A stretch of DNA of 64,000 nt from NCBI GenBank assembly GCA_011109175.1, contig RDEW01000020.1:800514-864513 (forward strand). Direction: 5' to 3'. Position numbers and translations under genes: made by a program. The notes below the pieces were generated by a model, which saw nothing but the letters and a program-made list of their open reading frames with translations, did no database searches and was not told the DNA's origin. This DNA is from Dicyema japonicum. Its lineage: Eukaryota; Animalia; Dicyemida. Each line of letters starts with the position of its first letter. The stretch's first letter is position 1. Below, piece after piece: positions 37,367 to 49,093 of the stretch.

Positions 37367-37828
37367 TTTCATAAAACTGACTTTGTTAATTCACCAATTT
37401 AAAACATTAAGATAATTTTATATTCTAAATCTATTCGGTTTAAATGAATATGATATTGAGTGACATTCTTAATTGTTTGAGCTAATAAACGTCAGTCATT
37501 CCTGTAGTCCACATGAATTTATAAAAGTACGGAGTAAATATAAAGTAGCACAAATTGTGCTTATTTTCAATTTAACATATTAAATATTGGTGCAAGTCAG
37601 AAAAGTCCAAGCCAAATATTTCCGTGATTGACATTTTATATCACCGGACTTTTCATAGTGCTGATATATACAAGTCCCATCAATAAGAACTTTGACATTA
37701 CTACCTAAGCTAACAAGAGACCCACATGTTATTAATCTGTAAAAAAATATTAATTAAAAAATAAATTATTTAAAAATAAATTTTAAAAGCTAATAAAATA
37801 GTTAAAATATGCTAGATGATGCGGTATA

Positions 37829-38617
37829 ATGTTTGTAAGCGAATCTGATATCCTGTCAATATCCAAAGAGCAAGCGGAGTACTACGCCCATTACTTTAAT
37901 TTACTGTGCGAGGGTAAAGATAGAATTGACGGTTGCCACCAAAATCATTACTTTAGGTAAAACTGCTTCTAATTTATTGAGAAAATCAAAACTTTCGAAG
38001 AAAATTCTGGCCTTAATCTGGTGCTTCTTTATATTTATGAAGGGAACACGCCGATATCGACAAAGACGGATCTCTCACTGTGTCTGAGTTTTTCATTGCG
38101 ATGCATCTCACTGTTTTGTTCGTCCGCTGCTACTCAGTCACCAACGCCCAAATAAATAAAATAACCAGATCTGCCCTACTAATCAACGATATGGTTATGG
38201 GGGTTATTATTTAAGAATGTTGAGGATTATTGTGACAGTCCTAAGAGTCCTCCCATTCGTTCGCATGACAATGTTGATATCTCAACAGACAGCCAAGCTG
38301 AAAAAATAGAAAGTGTGCCAGCTAAACCTATTTTTGATGAATCGAGGATACCACTAACTAACGACTCATTTAATTTTGAGAACTCTTTGGAAGCACCGAG
38401 CCCCATATCTTCCTCCCGTCAAAACCATTTAAATCAATCGGATTTTAGTCCACAGTCCTATTCTGGGATGAATAATTTTGCATTGGTGATTCCTTACTCG
38501 GGAAAGGATGATGGTCTTTCTCTGTATTCAAAACATGGAGAACTAACAGAACTCACAAAAGAGGAGGTGACCCGCCAATTTAGCAAATTTTATTTATTTA
38601 AAAAGAATGAATTTTAA
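37829..38617 (+). CDS. EH (Eps15-homology, EF-hand) domain protein, about 239 aa, 3 introns
   Basis: Introns 37932-37956, 38021-38042 and 38194-38215. Spliced product ISKEQAEYYAHYFNLLCEGKDRIDGKTASNLLRKSKLSKKILALIWEHADIDKDGSLTVSEFFIAMHL is the canonical EH pattern, followed by a Ser/Pro-rich tail. Start and C-terminus uncertain. Confidence 0.85.
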
Positions 38618-38974
38618 TAATATTTATAATTTGTTAATGTTTATTTTAACATAAATATGTGGTAAAAACTTATAAAATTAACTACCAAATATCCCATATA
38701 AGTGCTTGTTTTGTCTCGGAAGAGTATCGCCTCAAAATAATGTCTCTCCTGGAGCTTGTCAGACTATAGTTTAGTGTTACCTTGGCTTTTGGAATTTTTT
38801 TAATCTCATGATCAGGTAGTTGGTTTAACACCATCTTTCTTGTTAGTCTTGAGGTTTTTTAAATAAATAATCAGGTAGCAAGAGATTCGAAAATTGTTTC
38901 TTTTTTGCACATGAGCAGCCAAAAGTATTGTGGTTCTCATGAAATAGCTTATAAATTAAAAAAAAAGTGACCAA

Positions 38975-39215
38975 ATAGCGCACTGCTAGTTCTGTGGCTA
39001 GCAGTTGGATTTGAGTTCGATTCCGACGCCGTTTACCTATATCGGGAAACGTTCAGTGCTTAGCCTGTACCCAAAAAAAACCCTTCTTTTCCTACTCCAC
39101 TGGAGGGCTCCCCATAGAGGCGAATATAGATGGGAAAGGATGCTGTTAATTCCGACCGTAAAAACCTAATATACCTTAATTAAATTTTAACTTCTTTCTG
39201 GTATATCCGTGGTTA
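38975..39215 (+). mobile_element. SINE family 2 copy
   Basis: TGGCTAGCAG and GAGTTCGATTCC (A/B-box-like); 3' blocks shared with 23355-23695. Confidence 0.6.
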
Positions 39216-39469
39216 TTACGTATTACAACAACTGAACAAAATGAATTGTTCAAATTACATTCATTGTCTCTGTTTTGGATTTTGATAAATTTTTTTCCGG
39301 CTATTTATTGATATTTTTATTTTGAAAATCGTGGTCATTGGTTGTTCCATTTATTACAATAAAATTAAAAAGCAAAATGGTTTAATGAGGTTTTGTGCAG
39401 ATTTATAAATTTTTTATTTAAAAAATCAATAAAATCAATTTTATAAATAAGTCTCCATTTTGGCCTGCA

Positions 39470-39780
39470 GGTATTGAGCACACAGTGGGAGTCACCCCTC
39501 ATGATCGCGAGCCCAATATTCTGGAAGATGTATCGAATCATTCTGTGCTCTCACTTCCTTAGTACTGCAAGCCGTCCGATTAACAAACTAATTCCTCGAT
39601 TCTGACGCGTTCCAGGATAACTCTCACCAAAGCACAGTTATCCAAGGGACGATGTTCGAGAGCTGAGATCGATTCCAGAACTCGTTGCCAAGGAGCGAAA
39701 TTATCTCACAATGGAATTAATAGATAGGCCATTTTGGTTTCCCAGACGTCTCCTGAGTAAGGAGGATCCAAAGACGCCAT
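39470..39780 (-). mobile_element. CRE-like RT N-terminal fragment
   Basis: Minus strand DGVFGSSLLRRRLGNQ (like DGLRPQHLKDL); cgaatcattc/aatattg blocks shared with 51595-51690. Confidence 0.5.
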
Positions 39781-41539
39781 CTGAAAAAAGGAAGATAAAT
39801 CTTGTCACTACGCAGCCAAATGCTAAAATATCTCACTTTGAAAGTAAATAATTACGTGTCTAAGAGATTCCTGTGTTCTCTTTTGTTAAGTATGGAATTT
39901 CATTGATAATTATTTTTATAACTCAGAATTAGATTATTTTAAAGGTAGCGATTCTTAGAAAAGTCAGTTAATTAAGTAACCCCGGCCTCACTCACTTGTA
40001 GGAGGCCAGCAGCTATTAAATAGGATGCAGCAGATACCGGTCGCTCATATAGATCGGTCGGTCCTGGCTGGCATTGTAGACGAACGTTGTGATCCTTAGA
40101 GTAAATATTCTTATAACAGGTTTGTACCGTAGATTAGCAATGAATAATCCTTTTGTAACTGAGATTTTGTAATTTATTAGTTTATACATTAAAAATCCTC
40201 TCAAAGTACCTTACTAATATTTTCTGATGTAACTCAACGAGAGAGTTGCGCTTTGGTGTGTAAATCTCAGAGAATATAATTTTCTGATAATCTGAATAAT
40301 TTACAGGAAGTAGTTTTTTTTTTAATTTTAACGTGGAAAATAAAAAAACGTGGATCTTAATTTTGAGTTTGTGCATCTTATGACTCTTATAACCTCATAA
40401 AAGCCTTCTCTAAAAAATCCTTCTCAGATAGTTTGAAAACTTCCCAAAATACTAGTCGACTCCATGCTTAATGAAAAGAACAATACAGGATATCGTTTGG
40501 GATCACATAGTTAGCTGAGGACATTTTCTTTGGTTTAACCCAGTGTTCCTATCGCATAAACAGTAAGTATTTACTTGACTAAACAAATCGTTAATTTTAA
40601 TGATTAGAAAATAGTTAATCAAGTATGTTATAAAAATAACATGGTTCAATAAAAATCACTATTAATACATGATTGTTTCTGATCGTTCCTTTCGATCAGC
40701 GATAGAAGCCGTCGAAACGCGTAAATTCAGAAAAAGTCTCTCTAAATCTTCTGAAGGAGGAGCGTCGCAGATACAGAAAAACAGTGGGAATTATGGATAA
40801 ACACTGCAAAAGCTTCATACGCCTGTTGAGGAATACCGAATTTAACTCCTTCTGGTGATCCCTTTTCGGTGTTAAATAATTCTCCTCGTTACCATGTTTT
40901 AGCCAAATAAATTTAAGCGTGATTTAATCTCATTGAATATGACCAGTCAGCCACGTGATTAATTGTCGTTAGATTGAGGTGGAGTCTATGTAACTTCATG
41001 ATGGATGAAACCCTTACCTTGTGTCTTTGCGCGCATGGACGAGGTGATCGACTCGGGAGACATCGGAAATTTAAAGTTTTAACAAATGAGATGTCAAATT
41101 CATGTAATCTTTAGATTGAGGTGGAGTCTATGTAACTTCATGATGGATGAAACCCTTACCTTGTGTCTTTGCGCGCATGGACGAGGTGATCGACTCGGGA
41201 GACATCGGAAATTTAAAGTTTTAACAAATGAAGTGTCAAATTCATGTAATCTCGTTCAGCGTAAAATTGAAAGAACCTGGAGAATCACCATGTAAAAAAT
41301 TAGAGTCAGGGGGTCGTAGCTATTTGGATTTAAAGGGGAATATGCTTAAATAGCTAGCAGCGTTTGCGAGTTGAGATAAAATTTCTGAGTCGTTTAAGGA
41401 ACGCGTAANAGGGGGTCGTAGCTATTTGGATTTAAAGGGGAATATGATTGAATAGCTCGCAGCGTTTGCGAGTTGAGATAAAATTTCTGAGTCGTTTAAA
41501 AAACGCGTAAGACGAATATCCAAGGAGTGCGGATGTTTC

Positions 41540-41750
41540 AAAGAGGAGCAAATATCACATTACTAATGAGGTCATTATACTTCCGACATTTTAACGTTTC
41601 GCACTTAACAGGTTGTTCAGAGAGGTAGTTCAAAGATAATTCCAGTCTAAAGGTTTCCCAGCCACGAAGGGAAATATGATCGTTTTCCATTGAGACTCTG
41701 GATCGCTTGTGTCTACTTGACATGCATACAGCATTATTCCTCCTACACAT
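41540..41750 (+). mobile_element. CRE-like RT fragment
   Basis: attgagactctggatcgcttgtgtctacttgacatgcatacagcattattcc is nearly identical to 43529-43580. Confidence 0.75.
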
Positions 41751-42462
41751 ACTACACATACCGACAGATTCGACCAGGGTGGAAACCAGCTGAGTCCAAA
41801 ATCGTCTAATGACTTTATTTAAGTCTTTACGTCTGGAGGACCTGCCGGGTTGCTTCCTGATCACGTTGGATCAGGTGCCCTCAGTTATTAGTTTAGATTA
41901 TGACCTCCAAGGCTTTCGGTGTCATGTTCCTTTCGTCTGTCACTCTAAAAGCCATTTTTGTCACCAAACGGGCACTATTGTAGCATTCAAATTTTAAGTC
42001 CAAGGCGAAGTGAGATTCCAACTCGAACTTAGAAGTTATAAGTGATCAACTTTGAAAGGCGTTGGCCAGGACCTACTTTCAGGAAAGTCCCCGAATTAAA
42101 AAATGGTCCCTAACCACTAACTCCATTTTTTTCTTTTGTTTTTATTGAATGGAACTTTAAAGTTAAAATGAAAAAAATTAGAATTGGAAAACCACAAGCC
42201 AAACTTCGTTGTTATTTCACACATGGTTCCGAGGGAAATCCGTTCGATTAGACAACATCGTTTGCGAAGATCCCCTGAATCTGATGAGCAGGGAAACTAG
42301 TGTCCTTATTAATTTCATGCAGTTAATGTTTTTAACTTAATTTTAATAAAATTTATTGAAATAAAGCATCAAATAATTTTTAACATTTTAATCATTAAAA
42401 TTTCTATCCTTTTTAAGCATTTTATTTAATTGTAGCTGAACATCACAAATAGGAGAACCTTA

Positions 42463-43055
42463 AGAGAAGCCGTCTACGTCACTATTTACCTCGGACAAAA
42501 GATTGGGAAGGAAGACAGTCACCTTAAAGTTAAACAAGGTAGGCATCCCTTTCCACAGATGTCAAAGGATCTTGGGTGTAACAATTGATATGCATCTCTG
42601 TTTAACACCTCACGTAGAAAACATTCTATTCAAATGCGAGAAGAAACTGAACGTATTGAATAGTTTATCGGGAATATGGAAGAGTGGTACTCACCCAGTC
42701 TTGATGAACGTATACAAACAATACATCGAGACATGTTTCTCATATGCATGCGCCTCGTGGGGTCTGTCCATATCTTGGACAAATATGAGAAAAATTGAGA
42801 AAATGCAAAAGAGGGCTTACAGAGTAACGGAGCGTTGGATTGGTGAAGATCATCGACCCGGACCTACGCCTCTGGAGGCCCTTATGAGACTTGACTCCAG
42901 ATCACGAAAAGTTGGCCCTGAAAATTCAGGCAGCCGTTCTGTACGTTCATGCGCGGGCACGAAGGAAGAACAACAGGCAAAGATGAGGTCTCTGTTAGAA
43001 TGCATCGAGATAACGTGATAATTAGTTTTGTTTTACCGTGGTCTTGGGTTAAATA
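42463..43055 (+). mobile_element. 5'-truncated I-group LINE family A
   Basis: ORF 42503..43018 (RILGVTIDMHLCL...YKQYIETCFSYACASW) is nearly identical to 55445..55990. Tail gtcttgggttaaataaaaaa. Confidence 0.9.
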
Positions 43056-43249
43056 AAAAAACACGAAAAAACTTCTTTCTACCAAAATAGTTGTCCCAGG
43101 ACACCTATAGATTTGCAAAAAATTCTGGACACAACTCTTAATTTAGCATTTTTGATATCTTTTAACACATTTTACTTGTCTTTTTTCAAGATATAATTTG
43201 TTACTACACGGATCTAGTTCAAATTTGATTTAATCTATAAATTTTATTC

Positions 43250-44880
43250 CTCAACCTATGGTTGTATGATGCGGTCCTCAGAGGACCCCCGGATTTGGAA
43301 GTGATAATTCCAGCACTGTTGGAAACTGGACTGGAATTAAATTTCACTAAATGCAAAATCTACAATTGCGGACTTTCAGAAAAGAAGTATTCAAAAGCTT
43401 TGTCATGTTTCGGAAATTTACTGCCTGGAAGTATTTCCACACCCGATGAAGAACTTATATTCCTCGGATCCCCAATCACCATAAATGCAATGGGAAGAGC
43501 TATACGTGAAAAACGACTGTTACTCGAAGAGACTCTGAACCGCTTGTGTCTACTTGACATGCATACAGCATTATTCCTTTTGAAAAACAGTCTCAACGTA
43601 CAGAGGCTTGCATATGTCCTGAGGACTGCTCCCTATTTTACCCAGTGTGACCACTAGCACAGATTAACGAGATCTTCCGTACGACAGCTGAACGTATCTT
43701 CAACGTCCGGTTCGAGGATTACTCATGGAAGCAAGCCACGCTGCCAGTGAGACTCGGAGGACTTGGAATTCGCAACCCTGTGGACCTTTCTCTCCCTTCA
43801 TACCTATCATCGCTAGTGGCTGTAACTCCCATGTCAAAAGGATTCTACACTCTCTACCTGAATTCTCTATTGACAAAGACGCAGGCCATGCTCGTGAGGC
43901 CTGGAGCCGCACTTATCAGCTTTCCCTGCCTTCCTCGTTCTCTCAGCGGGGCTTGAACGATGCTATATACTAAAATTCTTTCAAAGATTTGCTTGTGTCA
44001 TCTAGTCAGCATCGCTGTGCCTATTTGTTGTCGGGGGTGTCTTCCGAGAGCGGTGCATGGCTTGCAACGGCGTTGCAACGGCAAAATCGATTTTCTCAGC
44101 CTAAACTCCTTCTCAACCGGTCACAATCATTAATATTACCAATAAAGAAGATATGACTTATATAACTTTTAGTTGCCCTACTGATAAGATTAGGTTTTCG
44201 AGCTTTCTGAAGAAATCATAGGACGAGAGTCCGAGTGTTCCAAAGGTTTTACAGTAAGAGGAACAAATTTCGCATCACCTGGGAGTTCAGCGTACTTCCG
44301 TCCCTTCAATGTCACTGCCTTCACAGTTGTTGAACAGTCATGGTAGCATTAATGAATTTCTATTAATATGAAATTTTTTATTAATACAGAATAAACAAAA
44401 GGTCAAACAGCAGCCGCCCGAACTGCGTGGCTATTCCCTCTCAGATGGTGACCGAGATTCGCTCACATAACCACCAGCGCTCGTAAGGATCTCCTGTTCG
44501 TCTCGAAATCGATTAATATGATAAACTCAAGGTCAATCAACCGTATCATTAAGGTCATCGATTGGTTTGTTTAAAGCTCTAATTTAGTCGTAATTAACAA
44601 TTGTCTTTAGAATAAATTAAATAATTTTCCCATCCAACATTGTTGGGAGCACGGTAGACACACTGCATGTCGCGGAAAGTACGATGAGGGCAAAGGAGAA
44701 GAAATGCGAAGTGATACGCGACCAATTCGCGTTCTATCCCATTGTGGTTGAGACAACTGGAGGAATAAGTGGGAAATCGCTTCGCTTCCTAAAGAAACTT
44801 GGACGCCTAGCTACACTAAAAAGCCACGACTCACATGAGACCCGGTGGCTTCTTTAGTTGATCTGTTTCAATCGTGATAA
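43250..44880. mobile_element. CRE-like fragments (43250-44070 +, 44180-44500 -, 44640-44880 +)
   Basis: GLELNFTKCKI, FLGSPI and QATLPVRLGGLGIR; FYPIVVETTGG. 44640-44880 is nearly the reverse complement of 60210-60460. Confidence 0.85.
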
Positions 44881-45339
44881 TTTCGGCGGAAACTACTTTG
44901 GATGGATTCTGTGTTGATTAATTAATTGTTACTTTTATTAAATAATTAACGGTTAAATTTCATCAAGTGCATTGAATATCTATAGACATTGCAAAACATG
45001 TCGAAGACTTTATAGATCTTGTGGGTCCGGAAGTCGAGTTGCGATAACTTGTCTAATTTTTTGTAAAAGTTTTATTGATTGTTCCACGAAAAAATTAGTT
45101 GTCGTCAAATTTAACAAATTATTTAATGCTTGAGCATAGTCAAACCTATTTTTAATAGTGTGTTTCTCCTTTAAAGCACGACAGTCCCCGTTTTCAACGT
45201 ACGATCTTCGAAAATTTCTAACCAATTGATTCTGAGTGGTTGTTGCATTTCCATCTACCCAAAACCTAACACATTGTTCATATTTTGCTGTAAATTTTGT
45301 TCATCTGTCACAACTACTAGAACTTGATATGAAAACACC

Positions 45340-45900
45340 TGTTCTCTGTAGTTCAGGGAATATGTCTGTTGATCATCTAGCAACTAGGTGCAGATCCATG
45401 ATCTACTAAGACTATGTGTGAAGGCATAAATAGTTAGTGAGTAGTATTTATTTACTATGTAATAAGTATAATATTCGACACACCAGTTGAGGACTCTTAA
45501 GATGCAATCTGTAGAAGAGAACACCAAGGTTCAAAACAAGGTAGACAGTGTTGACCGAAACTCGGCGGTTTTGAGCACAATAGAACGGAAATTGTAAAAC
45601 ACAATAAGGCGTCGGGTCAAGTCCTTATCATAGAAGTATGCATTACGCTTCTAGGTGGAGAAAAAAAGGAAGTATGACTTGCTTGCTGGGCAGATGATTG
45701 GTTGTAGGGTCCTTGTCATTCCAATAGTAATGGCGTGGGAAGGAATTGCAACAAAGTACCACAAGGGTTATTTAAGACAGTTAGGGGTAGATAGGAAACT
45801 CCAGACCTACCTACAGTATACTTTTTTAAAGCGAACCCTAGAATGCCTTACACTGTGGTATTGGAGGCAAAGCCCGGAGGTGTCATATCGGCAGAGGACT
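45340..45900 (+). mobile_element. R4/Dong-like RLE domain of a non-LTR retrotransposon, degraded
   Basis: SVDHLATRCRSMIY.DY.RRH (CCHC region); HNRTEIV.HNKASGQVLIIEVCIT; EKKRKYDLLA...VIPIVMAWEGIATKYHKGYL...YLQYTFLKRTLE. Confidence 0.85.
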
Positions 45901-46169
45901 AAATTAGACAATACGCTATTGGAGCTTTTTCAGAAACCAAAATCGAACCTGTCTGAAAAGGCTGACTAACAAGAAGACGAAGAAGGTTGGTGGAGGTTAA
46001 ATATTAACTCTTATCCAACTTTACTGATTAAGAAAGTGTTCTTTGGCAAAAGCCAAAATACAGCAGACATTCTAGCAGCTTCCATCGAGTCTACACATAC
46101 CGACAGATTCCAGCAGAAACATTTATTAGAGAAAATAATGTTTTATTATAGGCTTTCAAAAAGTTAATA

Positions 46170-49093
46170 TTAAGTTGATAATAAATTTGGGACATATTTC
46201 TAAAATTAAACATCAAAACGACTTGGTTCTCCTCGGTTACTATTGGATTCTCGGACATAACATTCTCATAGTTTCCACGCTAATTCTAAAACCATAAATA
46301 CCATAATTCTGCTGAAATACGGCCACAAAAACTTGTCGAGACTTAGAAACCGAAAAATCACGAAAAGAGTAGACAGAATGGAGCCAAAAAGGGAGACCGA
46401 CGTCAAATAATAGTCAAATCCTGCAATGATCCACAAAAACACCTTCTCTGATCATCAGAAAGAAGGTAATATTAAACTGTAAGAACAAAGTCGCCACCAG
46501 GGAGCAATTCAGGGACAAAAGACAAACAGATCTGCTCACAGTGGCCTTTCTATAAACATAAATGAAATTATATTTGTCAATCTCTCGCTTTATGACGAAG
46601 TAAAGTAAGCCTAAAATTTACAAGGAAAGGATGCCGAATGGGGTAATCAGCGGACAGGACAAACTATAGGACATTACAATCACGAATATGCACAACTGCC
46701 AAGCATAATTTATTCCAAACTGGTATTCGTATCTCAATGACTATGAGTTATGAGATTACGTACACTTCTGAGATGTTCCACCTCGTATTTTGACCGAAGG
46801 AACAATAATTTGACAAAAAACAAGAACAACTCCCCCAATCTGAGCAATTCGCATGCATTTCCTAGCAAAGATGCAGTGATTACGTAATTAACAAAGAAGA
46901 CTCCGTTCGATGACAGATACACACACCATAAATCACTCAGTAATGCTTACTGCCATCGATTCATAGAGTCGAAACCGAAGATATAGTTGACTAGAGAGGA
47001 GGCACTGCAGTAGAGTGAACATGACAACCTGGTTAGTCCAAGGGAGGGGAGAATTAGGACCATAAGGATGAGGAATGTGAAGCATTTCAGAACCACAGCA
47101 TAATGTTCCCCAGACCTTAGATGTTAATATAATAACTACCGAGTCAAATGACGGATCCACTGCTCGGAGATGTACACAATATTTGGGAGAAGTGACGACA
47201 TCAAAACTAACAGTAACGGGGGGAATATCTCTACGAAAAATTGTAGCTGAACATCACAAATAGGAGAACCTTAAAGCTCTGAACAACACTCTTCAGATTG
47301 AGGGGTTCGAAAGAGGCCAGGAGAATGGTGGGAGTTGTAAGGAAAAATAATGTAATCATAATTGCTGTGTTGATTACATAGGATTTAATGGTCTCCCGCC
47401 ATGTACCGTACAGTGGAAGACTTTCCCTGCGACTTTGAAGATTAGGAGTAAAACCAGTATATTGTGCTCACTGTAGGAGCTTTCATTACCTTCCACCTTT
47501 GGACCTTCAATCCATGAAAAAGAGACGAATCCCTCAGTCCTCGATCCTCAGACAACGTAAAGGAATTAAAATCTCTCAATATTCTATAATTTTATATTAC
47601 AGGAAAACTCTCTAGCATCTTCCATGAAATCGAAGGTAGCAAAAGTAACTCCGATTCTTTTCAACGATCTCATCTCCATTTTTTGGAGATTATTGATCTC
47701 GATGAGTTTCTTTTCGTAGTAATCAATAGCATCGACCTCGTTGTCTATTTGAATATGGAAACCTTTCGGCAGCAGCAGCAGTTTGGAATCAATATAGAGC
47801 AAACTTTTTCCATTATCTGAGGGCGCCTATTTCTGGAACGGAATTCGACTAAAGCGTTTTTCAGGGCGTCAATTAATTTGTCCCTTTAAATGATATATTT
47901 TAAAACTCGTCGTTCTTGAGTTTTGTGAGTTTTCTTATATCAACAGCTACTTGGATGTCTGAAATGGAGAAATTGGGGTAAGCTTCCCTAAGAGTCATAC
48001 ACGCAAAAACTCAAAATGTTTCCTTATCAAACTTTCCTCGTTAACTTCAGCAGGAATTCTACTTATCATTAGAGTGGTTGTGGACTATGATGAGGAAATA
48101 AGATAACCTTGGCAGTCTCAGACTCGGGTATCATCTTGGCAAACTTAACAAGCATCAATGCTATTAATGCTATGTGATTCAGGAATGACAAGATCACGTG
48201 GTTCCATACGTAGGGGGATCTAAAAGTTTGGGATGGCTACAAACCGCGCTGACAAATTACTGAGGGTCGTACGGGCAAATGAGTTTGATTTTTCGTCTAT
48301 TCGGTAATATCACGGAAAACTACATATTTGTCCTTGAAAGTTAATGGGGGCGATCATAAATAGTGAGAATATGGAAATGAAAGCAATATAGGCTATCAGG
48401 TATCTTTGAAATCGAATAGGTAATATCACGGAAAACTACATATTTGTCCTTGAAAGTTAATGGGGGCGATCATAAATAGTGAGAATATGGAAATGAAAGC
48501 AATATAGGCTATCAGGTATCTTTGAAATCGAATATACAAGAGGGCATCCCTACCACAGTGTTGACTAAAGTCAGAGTCACTGAATTCCAAAAAAATATTT
48601 AACCTCATTAAAAAACTGCGATAAAAAGGAATCTTTTGACAGTCGGTTTCCCCGTCGGTCTCCTCGTTGCTAAAATATGAAAGTAAAGTGCTCGAAGCTC
48701 TGTTGATTATTTTAGAAATGTCCTACCTTGACTTCCTAATGATCGGGGTTGTCTCTGATTTTTTTCTCGTTGCTACTTTTTTTAATATGTAGAAGATCAG
48801 AAAACAGCTCTTAAATCCGTCGGTCTCATCGTTGCTAAAATATGAAAGTAAAGTGCTCGAAGCTCTGTTGATTATTTTAGAAATGTCCTACCTTGACTTC
48901 CTAATGATCGGGGTTGTCTCTGATTTTTTTCTCGTTGCTACTTTTTTTAATATGTAGAAGATCAGAAAACAGCTCTTAAATAGAGAGAATAACAAACTGC
49001 GAATCCGAAGATATTGAGAGCAATGTTCTCAGGGATTCCCCTCAGATTTGAAGTGTAAGTTGTGTGGTTTGAGCAAAATTCTGACTTGATCAT
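46170..49093 (-). CDS. TMEM63: TMEM63/OSCA (CSC1-like) mechanosensitive channel, about 719 aa, 20 introns
   Basis: Spliced peptides match animal TMEM63 throughout: GIPENI, CGRDALLYIRFQRYLI, SFARTTLSNL, VDAIDYY, GVTFATF, FFLTTPTI, LILPSLGLTS, NGVFFVNYVITASLLGNACELLR, YQFGINYAW, CPLITPFGLLY. After removing two tandem duplications (165 and 116 bp) and 483 nt of introns, 2160 nt remain (720 codons). Confidence 0.93.

Noticed and set aside
40670-40735. Hairpin CTGATCG...CGATCAG followed by GAAACGCGT, resembling a Penelope-type hammerhead
   Set aside because: The core is CTGATCG rather than CTGANGA, and no Penelope RT or GIY-YIG was found nearby.
42000-42125. Minus-strand AGTGGTTAG...GTTCGAG as a tRNA-like Pol III gene
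   Set aside because: No cloverleaf can be formed and the box spacing is wrong.
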